The translations under genes and the position numbers were made by a program. From positions 128,001-192,000 of the forward strand of contig JAVJQW010000070.1 in assembly GCA_040218735.1 (NCBI GenBank): a stretch of DNA of 64,000 nt. Direction: 5' to 3'. Numbering within the stretch: the first letter of the stretch is position 1; each line of letters starts with the position of its first letter. Of this stretch, positions 57,023 through 64,000 are shown in pieces. This DNA comes from Deltaproteobacteria bacterium (GTDB lineage Bacteria; Myxococcota; Kuafuiibacteriia; Kuafuiibacteriales; Kuafuiibacteriaceae). Below the pieces are notes generated by a model. It was not told where the DNA came from and did not search any database. It saw only the letters and a list, made by a program, of their open reading frames with translations.

Positions 57023-57982
57023 CTACGAATCGTCGCCGAGGGGGTGCGCGTGATCGTAGACGGCCCTCAGGCGCTCCACGGAGACGGACGTGTACCGCTG
57101 CGTGGTGCCGAGGTTGGCGTGTCCGAGCAGCTCCTGGATGGTGCGCAGATCCGCGCCCCCGTCGAGGAGGTGCGTGGCGAAGCTGTGCCGCAGCATGTGC
57201 GGCGTGACGTTCCGACCGAGCGCGACCTGGAGGACCCGTCGGCGCAGGCGGAGGCGAAGCCCGCGCGTCGAGAGCCGCCCGCCCCGCGCGTTGAGGAACA
57301 ACGCGGCCGTGGGGGCCTTCACGAGCTCGGGCCTACGTTCGAGCCAACGTTCGAGCGACGCCGCGGCCTTCCTCCCGAACGGGACGATCCGCTCCTTCTT
57401 CCCCTTGCCGAGCACACGCACGGTGCGGCGCTTCAGGTCGCAGCCGTCGAGGTCGAGCGCGACGAGCTCCGCGGCGCGAACGCCGGCACCGTAGAGCAGC
57501 TCGATCATCGCGAGGTCGCGACGGTCGAGGGGGGTGTCGGCCATGTCGGCCTCGAGCATCGAGAAGATCTCGTCGGGGGTGATCGAGCGCGGGAGCCCCT
57601 TCGGGAGCTTCGGCGACATCACCTCTTCGCCGATGTTCCGCGGCGCCAGCCCGTTCCTCACCAGGTACCGGTAGAAGCTCCGCAGCGCGGAGAGCTTGCG
57701 CGCGCGGGTGCGGGCCTCGGTCTTCTCGTGGATCGTCGAGAGCCAGGTCTGCACCTGGTACGTCTCGAGCTCGGCGGGCCCTCCCGCGAAGCCCATCGTC
57801 TCCAGGTGCTCGGCGAGCAACCGGAGGTCCGCGTCGTACGCGGCGATCGTGTGGTCGCTGTAGCGCCGCTCGAGCCGCAGGTAGTCGAGGAACGGCACGA
57901 TCGCCGCGCGAAAGTCGGAGCCCTCGGGCTTCGGGGCGTCGTCGAACTGCACGCGACGACGCGTCTTGCGGCGGGTCGCCAC
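57023..57982 (-). CDS. xerC: Tyrosine recombinase XerC
   Basis: 'ELLYGAGVR..E', 'GKGKKER', 'PHMLRHSFATH', 'LGH...TTQRY'; trmFO-xerC-hslVU synteny. Confidence 0.92.
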   Translation of the reverse strand: MATRRKTRRRVQFDDAPKPEGSDFRAAIVPFLDYLRLERRYSDHTIAAYDADLRLLAEHLETMGFAGGPAELETYQVQTWLSTIHEKTEARTRARKLSALRSFYRYLVRNGLAPRNIGEEVMSPKLPKGLPRSITPDEIFSMLEADMADTPLDRRDLAMIELLYGAGVRAAELVALDLDGCDLKRRTVRVLGKGKKERIVPFGRKAAASLERWLERRPELVKAPTAALFLNARGGRLSTRGLRLRLRRRVLQVALGRNVTPHMLRHSFATHLLDGGADLRTIQELLGHANLGTTQRYTSVSVERLRAVYDHAHPLGDDS

Positions 57983-57991
57983 GCCGACAAT

Positions 57992-59380
57992 CTACTGAAT
58001 CGATCGGCGCTCGCCAAGAAAACGGACGTGGGAGACGAGGAGCTCGCGATGTGCCGCCCACCAGTCCTCGAACGTCTGCACCGCGCGCTCGCCGTAGAAG
58101 CGCTTCTTGTCGCGCTTGCCTACGCGCCGCTCCGGCGGCGGGCACAGGCCCCAGTGGATGTTCGAGGGCACGTGCCCTGCCTTCTCGGTGCCGGGGGCCT
58201 TCGCGAGGCCGAGGATGTGCCCGTGCAGCGCGCCGAGCGTCGACGTGTGCGGGGGCATCGGCAGGTCCACGCCGCGTCGCTTCGCGATCAACATCCACGC
58301 GGCGAGCAGGCCACACGCGGTGCTCTCGACGTAGCCCTCCACGCCCGTGATCTGCCCAGCGAAGATGAGGTGCGGCTGGGTCTTCAGCCTGAGCGATCCG
58401 TCGAGGAGCTTCGGCGAGTCGAGATAGGTGTTCCGGTGCACGGAGCCCATCCGGAGGAATTCCACGTTCTCCAGCCCCGGGATGGTGCGAAAGACCTCCT
58501 TCTGCGCGCCCCACTTCATCCGCGTCTGGAAGCCGACGAGGTTGAACGCCGTCCGCTCGCGATCCTCCGCGCGTAGCTGCACGACCGCGTGCGGTCGCCG
58601 CTCGGTGCGCGGATCGGTCAGGCCGACCGGCTTCATGCAGCCGTAGCGCAACGTCTCTCGCCCGCGCGAGGCCATCACCTCGATCGGCAGGCAGCCCTCG
58701 AAGAAGCGCTCCTCCTCGAAGTCGCGCGCGGGTGTCTTCTCCGCCTCGACCACCGCGGTGACGAAGGCCTCGTACTGCGCCTCGTCGAGCGGGCAGTTCA
58801 CGTAGTCCTTCCCGTCGCCCTTGTCGTAGCGCGACTGGTAGAACGCCTTGTCGTAATCGATGCTGTCCGCGTCCACGATCGGCGCGATCGCGTCGTAGAA
58901 GTACAGGCCGCTCGCGCTCCCCGTCGCCGCCGCGATGTCCGCGTGCAGCGACTCCGCCGTGAGGGGGCCCGTCGCGACGACGACGTCCGACGCCTCCTCG
59001 GCCGACGGCAGCTTCTGAACCTCCGCGTTCACGATCTCGATGTTCGGCTGCGCGTGGAGCGCCGCGGTGACGGCCGCGCTGAACTTCTCGCGGTCCACGG
59101 CGAGCGCCCCGCCCGCGGGGACCTGCGCCTCGTCCGCGAACCGGATCAGCGCACCCTCCCCTCGCCGCATCTCCTCCTTGATCGCGCCGACGGCGTTCTC
59201 GAGCGCCGCGCCGCGGAAGGAGTTCGAGCACACCAGCTCCGCGAAGTGGTCGCTGACCTGCGCCGGCGTCCGCTTCGCGGGTTTCATCTCGAACAGCCGC
59301 ACGGGGATGTCGCGCCGCGCGAGCTGCAGAGCGACCTCGGCCCCCGCGAGGCCCGCACCAATGATCCAGACCGGCTCCAT
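57992..59380 (-). CDS. trmFO: tRNA (uracil-5)-methyltransferase TrmFO (Gid)
   Basis: 'GAGLAGAE', 'ELVCSNS', 'YDAIAP', 'FEGCLPIE', 'VGFQT', 'GQITGVEGY'. Confidence 0.96.
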   Translation of the reverse strand: MEPVWIIGAGLAGAEVALQLARRDIPVRLFEMKPAKRTPAQVSDHFAELVCSNSFRGAALENAVGAIKEEMRRGEGALIRFADEAQVPAGGALAVDREKFSAAVTAALHAQPNIEIVNAEVQKLPSAEEASDVVVATGPLTAESLHADIAAATGSASGLYFYDAIAPIVDADSIDYDKAFYQSRYDKGDGKDYVNCPLDEAQYEAFVTAVVEAEKTPARDFEEERFFEGCLPIEVMASRGRETLRYGCMKPVGLTDPRTERRPHAVVQLRAEDRERTAFNLVGFQTRMKWGAQKEVFRTIPGLENVEFLRMGSVHRNTYLDSPKLLDGSLRLKTQPHLIFAGQITGVEGYVESTACGLLAAWMLIAKRRGVDLPMPPHTSTLGALHGHILGLAKAPGTEKAGHVPSNIHWGLCPPPERRVGKRDKKRFYGERAVQTFEDWWAAHRELLVSHVRFLGERRSIQ

Positions 59381-59414
59381 CGCGCGTTGGTGTGCGGTGC
59401 GCGGGCCGACGCCG

Positions 59415-60707
59415 TCAAGACGTCGTCGCGGTCTTCGTCGGCGTCGGCGCGCTCTTGGTCGGGTTCAACAGGAACACCGGATCCTCCTGCGACCTCCGAA
59501 GCTGCCACACCACGGCGAGCGCGATGCCAGCGATGAGGCACAACGCGATGAGCGCCCAGACCAGCCCGTTCGAACCGGCCGGAGGCGCCTCGGGCGCGGG
59601 TTCCGCCGCCGGCGGGGGCGTCGGCGAGGTCGGCGGCGGCTCGGGGACACCGAGCGGGGGCGTGTCCGCGACGTCGACCGGCTCCCGCACCCGCGCCGCC
59701 GGCGCGCGCGGGTTCTCGGCGCGCACGGGCCCGACGGCGAACAACACCATGTCCGCCTCGCGCAGCGCGTTCGCGACCCGAAACGCCTGGTCCGGACGCA
59801 GCCCGGGCTTCAGCTGCAGACAGGCGTCGACCACGTCCGTGAGCTCCTGCGGGAGGATCTCCTTCTCCGGGTTCACCGTGATCCGCGGGGCGCCCTTGAG
59901 CTTCGCGAGCACGACGTCCCGCAGCGAGTCCCCCTCGTGCGGACAGCGGCCCGTGATCATCTCGAAGAGCATCACACCGATCGAGAACAAGTCCGCGCGC
60001 GCGTCGACCGTCGCGCCCGCCGCCTGCTCGGGCGCCATGTACCGCGGCGTCCCGACGAAGGTCCCCGGCTTCTCGTCGTCGACCCGCGGCTGCGTGCGGT
60101 CGACGGGCAGGAACTTCACGACGCCGAAGTCCAACAGCTTCACGCGCGGCTCCGAGCGCCCCGGCTCGTCGATGATCAGGATGTTCTCGGGCTTGAGGTC
60201 GCGGTGGATGATTCCGTTGTCGTGCAGCGAAGTGAGCGCGTCGCAGATCTGAATCGCGATCTGGATGCTCGTCCGCAGGTCCAGCGCCCCCTCGCGCTTG
60301 ATGCGCGCGCGCAGCGCCTCCCCCTCGACGTACTCCATCACGTACGCCAAGCGACGCGGGTGCTCCTCCTCGATGAAGTCGAAGACGCGGATGAGCCCCG
60401 GGTGTTCGACCGAGCTCGCGGCGCGCACTTCATCGAAGAAGCGTTGGACGATGCGCGCGCGTTTGACCTTCGAGGCCGCGAGCACCTTCATCGCGACGAC
60501 GGCGCCGTCTTCGAGTCGCCGCGCCTTGAACACGGACCCGGCGCCGCCCTTCCCGAGCAGCGACTCGAGTTGATAACCGGCGACGCGATCCCCCGCCGAA
60601 GGGTTCGGTGCGACCGCGCCGGTGTCGACGCGAGGTTTCGGCGTCGGCAGCGCCGGTTCTTCCAGGCCCGGACCCGCCGGTCCGCGTCCGTCGCCGCCCT
60701 CGGCCAT
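59415..60707 (-). CDS. Ser/Thr protein kinase with C-terminal TM
   Basis: GKGGAG, VAMK, HRDLKPEN, DFG, YMAPE; Pro-rich linker and TM. Confidence 0.92.
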   Translation of the reverse strand: MAEGGDGRGPAGPGLEEPALPTPKPRVDTGAVAPNPSAGDRVAGYQLESLLGKGGAGSVFKARRLEDGAVVAMKVLAASKVKRARIVQRFFDEVRAASSVEHPGLIRVFDFIEEEHPRRLAYVMEYVEGEALRARIKREGALDLRTSIQIAIQICDALTSLHDNGIIHRDLKPENILIIDEPGRSEPRVKLLDFGVVKFLPVDRTQPRVDDEKPGTFVGTPRYMAPEQAAGATVDARADLFSIGVMLFEMITGRCPHEGDSLRDVVLAKLKGAPRITVNPEKEILPQELTDVVDACLQLKPGLRPDQAFRVANALREADMVLFAVGPVRAENPRAPAARVREPVDVADTPPLGVPEPPPTSPTPPPAAEPAPEAPPAGSNGLVWALIALCLIAGIALAVVWQLRRSQEDPVFLLNPTKSAPTPTKTATTS

Positions 60708-60749
60708 CGCGTCGCGAGCGTGCCTCCGTCGCAACCGCGTCGCAACGCC

Positions 60750-61577
60750 TCAGATGCCCCGGCGCGGGAAGAACCGACCATTCCGCGCCACGACGCAGCC
60801 CGTCAGCTCCAGCTGCAGCAGCTCCGCCAGGACCGACGCGATCGGGCGCTGGTGTTCCCGCGCGAGCGCCTCCGCGCTCGTCGGCGCGCGGGTGATGCTG
60901 TCCAGCAACGCAGACGCCGGCGCCGCACGCGGGCGCTTTCGCCTGCGCTTCGGGATCTGGAGCGCACGCAAGAGATCGTCGGGGGTGTTCATCAGGGACG
61001 CGCCGCGTCGCGCCCAGACCCGACCGGCCTCCCCCCGCGGATCCTCGAGGCCCCACGGCAACACCCACAGCGGACGGCCCAGACGCACCGCGGCGTCCGC
61101 CGTGTAGAAGGTCCCCGAACGCGCGCGGGCCTCGACGACGACGGTGAGGTCCGCGAGCGCCGCGATGATGCGGTTGCGATCGCGGAACGCGCTCTTGTGC
61201 CCCGGCGTCTCGCGCTCGGACAGCCAGGCGCCGCCGGCTTCGAGGACGCGTTCGAACAGGAGGCGGTTCGTCCTCGGCGACGGTCGATCCAGCGGCGTGG
61301 GGAGCACGACCCAGGTCGTGCCGCCGCCATCGAGCGCGCCGGCGTGCGCGGCCGCGTCGATCCCCAGCGCGCCCCCGCTCACGATGGTGACGCCGTACGA
61401 GGCGAGGTGGGCGGCGAGGCGCCGCGTGAGATCACAGCCGTGTTCGGATGCACGTCGGGCGCCGACGATCGCGACCGCTGGCGCCTTCAGATCCAGCGGG
61501 CCTCGCAGGTAGAGCGGGTCCGGGGGATCCGCGAGCTCGCGAAGCCGTGGGGGATAGTCGGGGTCGGTCGGGCGCAC
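60750..61577 (-). CDS. dprA: DNA-processing protein DprA, short form
   Basis: 'YPPRL...PP..LYLRG', 'AIVGAR', 'VSGGALGID', 'FRDRNRII', 'VEA...SG'. Confidence 0.92.
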   Translation of the reverse strand: MRPTDPDYPPRLRELADPPDPLYLRGPLDLKAPAVAIVGARRASEHGCDLTRRLAAHLASYGVTIVSGGALGIDAAAHAGALDGGGTTWVVLPTPLDRPSPRTNRLLFERVLEAGGAWLSERETPGHKSAFRDRNRIIAALADLTVVVEARARSGTFYTADAAVRLGRPLWVLPWGLEDPRGEAGRVWARRGASLMNTPDDLLRALQIPKRRRKRPRAAPASALLDSITRAPTSAEALAREHQRPIASVLAELLQLELTGCVVARNGRFFPRRGI

Positions 61578-61674
61578 TGTGCGAGCGAGCCGCGGCGGTG
61601 GCGCTGCGTCAATCGCTTCGCTTCAATGGAACGAATTTCGGATCGATGAATTTCGTTCGTCGGCTGGCGCCGAC

Positions 61675-62751
61675 TTACGAAGAAGGACGCATCGCGATCT
61701 TGTCACCCACGCCGAACTCGCGGAGCGAGTGGGTCACGATCGCCGTCGACGCGTTGTCCTGCACGTCGATCACCATCAGCACGCCGATCTCCTCGTTCGG
61801 GAGATCTTCGACCTCGCGCGTGAAGCCGTCGCCGCGGTCGAGCACCACGAACGTGTTGCCCTTCTGCACGCCGTGCGAGCGACCGCGGTCGATGAACACG
61901 TACGTGTACTCGCCGAGCGGGCCGAGCACGTCGCCGACCGTCTCGATGATGTACCCCTGGGTCTCGCCGCTGTTCGGCGCGGGCGCCACGCGGTCGCCGA
62001 AGCCCTCCGGCCACGGCCCGACGAAGTCGCCGCGCTCGATCGGGCGGAACGCCTGCGCGATGATCGCGGTCGCGACCTTCGGGCTGGTGTCGACGATCTG
62101 CACGCCGCCGATGATCTCGACCGCCGCGCCCATCGGATCGCCCGTCACCGGGTGGTTGATGCTGCGCACGAGGCGGTAGACCGCGTAGCGGTCGCCCTTC
62201 TTCGCGGGCTGTTTCAGCTTCACGTACATCTTGTCGTAGTCCGACAGCATGATGGCGCCCGGCTCGGCGTTCACGATGTCGCCCGACTTCGCGAGCTGTT
62301 TGGCGGACACAAAGGAGACGAACGAGCTCCACACCGAGTCCGGCGCCGTGCGCCCGACCTGGATGCTGCCGGTCGTCCGAACCAGCTCGTCCGCGTCGAG
62401 CTCCTCCGGCACGTCGCTCTCGTCACCGTCGATGTTGATCCCGCGCGCGACCTCGACGTTCGTCGGCAGGCTCTCGTCGCCCGGGTAGAAGCGCAGCTCG
62501 TTGCCCGGATAGATCCAGTGCGGGTTGGTGATCTGCGGGTTGTAGCTCCAGATCTTGGGCCAGTACCACGGTGAGTTGAGGTACTTGCTGCAGAGATCCC
62601 ACAGCGTGTCGCCCGACTGGACGACGTGGGTCTCCGCGACCTGCGGCGCCTCTCCCTCCGGCGCTCCGCCGAAGTCGTCCTGCGCATAGGCCGCAGAGAC
62701 GAACAGCAAACTCGCCCCGATCAGCGACGCCTGCATGGAAGTCTTCATCAC
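61675..62751 (-). CDS. LysM peptidoglycan-binding protein
   Basis: Signal peptide; 'HVVQSGDTLWDL...W.W.KIW..NPQI.NPHWIYPG'. Confidence 0.92.
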   Translation of the reverse strand: MMKTSMQASLIGASLLFVSAAYAQDDFGGAPEGEAPQVAETHVVQSGDTLWDLCSKYLNSPWYWPKIWSYNPQITNPHWIYPGNELRFYPGDESLPTNVEVARGINIDGDESDVPEELDADELVRTTGSIQVGRTAPDSVWSSFVSFVSAKQLAKSGDIVNAEPGAIMLSDYDKMYVKLKQPAKKGDRYAVYRLVRSINHPVTGDPMGAAVEIIGGVQIVDTSPKVATAIIAQAFRPIERGDFVGPWPEGFGDRVAPAPNSGETQGYIIETVGDVLGPLGEYTYVFIDRGRSHGVQKGNTFVVLDRGDGFTREVEDLPNEEIGVLMVIDVQDNASTAIVTHSLREFGVGDKIAMRPSS

Positions 62752-63671
62752 TCACTCTCCTTCGCGCCGAGGAGCAAGCTCGCCTCGTTCGCCGCTTCAC
62801 TCGTCGGATACCGTTCGATCACTTCGCGCAACAGCGCCTCAGCCTTGGCGCGGTCGCCGAGCATCATGCGCGCGCGACCCAGCCCCACCTTCGCGTAGGG
62901 CACCTTCGCCGAACGCGGGTGCGAACGCAAAAGTCTGCCAAAAGTCACCGCCGCCGCGGACCACTGCGACAGCTCGAGCTCACACTCGCCCGCCCAGTAC
63001 ATCGCGTTGTCGGCCAAGCGCGAACGCGGATACGCGTCCACGAACGCCTCGAACTGCTCGAGCGCGCCCGCCGCGTCCTTGTCGTCGCGCAGCAGGCCGA
63101 GCGCATCGTCGTACGCCTTCCGGATCTGCGCGCGCGTCGCCTTCTTGTTGCGCTTGTGCTTCTTGCGCTTCCGTTCCTTCTTCGCCGCGACGTTCGGGTC
63201 CGGCTTCGCGAGCACGGCGTGGTCGACCGCGAGCCGCTCCGAGGTCCGCACCGGATCCTTCGAACGCGACGGGCCGAGCTTGATCACCACCGGCGGGCTC
63301 CCGTCGTCCTGCGCGCCCGGGTCCTCCCACGGCACGACGACGTCGTTGCCCTGCGCGTCGGCCTTCGCCGTCATGCGCACCACCGGCAACGCGCGCTCCG
63401 GGCCGCGCTCGGGACGCACCGTCTTCGGGACGGCGGTCTGCGACGATACCGGCGCGGTGGGCTGCGCGCGCGCGGGCGCCGCGTCGAGCGACATCAACGT
63501 CACGCGGCCCTCGAGACGCTCGATCTCGAGGCGCTGCTTCTGCACCTGCTGCTGAAGGCCGTGCATCTGGCGCCGCAGGTTCGACAGCTCCTGTTCGACG
63601 GCCGCGTCCGTCGCGCACGCCGTCGCCAAACAGAGCGGCAACACCAGCAGGGGTACGTCGGCGACACGCAT
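62748..63671 (-). CDS. cpoB: Tol-Pal associated TPR lipoprotein (YbgF/CpoB-like)
   Basis: Lipobox 'ATAC'; coiled coil; 'YPRSRLADNAMYWAGE', 'VIERYPTS'. Confidence 0.75.
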   Translation of the reverse strand: MRVADVPLLVLPLCLATACATDAAVEQELSNLRRQMHGLQQQVQKQRLEIERLEGRVTLMSLDAAPARAQPTAPVSSQTAVPKTVRPERGPERALPVVRMTAKADAQGNDVVVPWEDPGAQDDGSPPVVIKLGPSRSKDPVRTSERLAVDHAVLAKPDPNVAAKKERKRKKHKRNKKATRAQIRKAYDDALGLLRDDKDAAGALEQFEAFVDAYPRSRLADNAMYWAGECELELSQWSAAAVTFGRLLRSHPRSAKVPYAKVGLGRARMMLGDRAKAEALLREVIERYPTSEAANEASLLLGAKESE

Positions 63672-63681
63672 GTGGGGTGCG

Positions 63682-63709
63682 ATTCTAGAAGAGTGCGGGA
63701 TCCAGTCAA
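63682..63709 (-). promoter_or_regulatory. Sigma70-type promoter for cpoB-lysM
   Basis: Minus strand TTGACT, 16 bp, TAGAAT; ATG 10 nt downstream. Confidence 0.55.
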
Positions 63710-63844
63710 GAAACGGCCCCCGCATCATTGCCCTATCATTGACCCATCATGAGGCCTCATTTCGCCATCAATTCGAGCCCAATGAGGCCGGAACCGCCGC
63801 CCCCCTGGCGGCGACCCCCGCCTTTTGGGTCTCATGGGCTCCCC

Positions 63845-64000
63845 ATGCGTGCCTCACCCGTCGCGCTCGCCCTCCTCTTCGCCTGCGCGACGCCCCCGCC
63901 GGGCGGCGGATCGGGCCCCGCCAGCCGACCCGCCGCTCGACGCGCTGCGGCGTCGACCGATCCCGGCGAGGTCCGGGCCGTCGCCGCGACCGCGGACACC
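63845..64000 (+). CDS. Partial lipoprotein running off the window end
   Basis: 'MRASPVALALLFAC' lipoprotein signal. Confidence 0.45.
   Translation, partial: MRASPVALALLFACATPPPGGGSGPASRPAARRAAASTDPGEVRAVAATADT

Noticed and set aside
57023-57982. Phage or island integrase
   Set aside because: Housekeeping XerC context (trmFO, hslVU); no att sites or cargo.

Overview
Very GC-rich, gene-dense chromosomal window from a Myxococcota-like deltaproteobacterium. The assignment rests on a TIGR04563-type small-protein pair, a MYXO-CTERM-like tail, DGG-repeat lipoproteins, TPR-rich Ser/Thr kinases and a DnaK paralog. Housekeeping blocks: smc-CAP-ftsY-zapA-6S RNA-5FCL; exbB-exbD-tonB; ccsA-hemA-hemC-hemD; trxA; tRNA-Ala(CGC); uvrD-like helicase; comEA; hutH; and cpoB-lysM-dprA-(kinase)-trmFO-xerC-hslV-hslU-argD-J protein-dnaK. 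Most unusual: (1) a Haliangium-type bacterial microcompartment operon carrying a translationally coupled EF-hand lipoprotein, a CxxC in a BMC-T and a pore-loop insertion in BMC-H; (2) a tandem pair of TPR-roadblock proteins, one with an internal SD+TTG start, sharing a TPR/winged-helix module with genes of the J-protein/DnaK cluster; (3) an alkyl-DHAP-synthase-like double flavoprotein + GlcF-like Fe-S protein + lipid kinase operon; (4) a ~155-aa insertion in the SMC hinge; (5) an intergenic (G4CT)3G4 tract plus an inverted hexamer-repeat array; (6) repeated leaderless-type promoters. No CRISPR array, transposase or prophage was seen. All family calls come from motif recognition and recall, not database searches.
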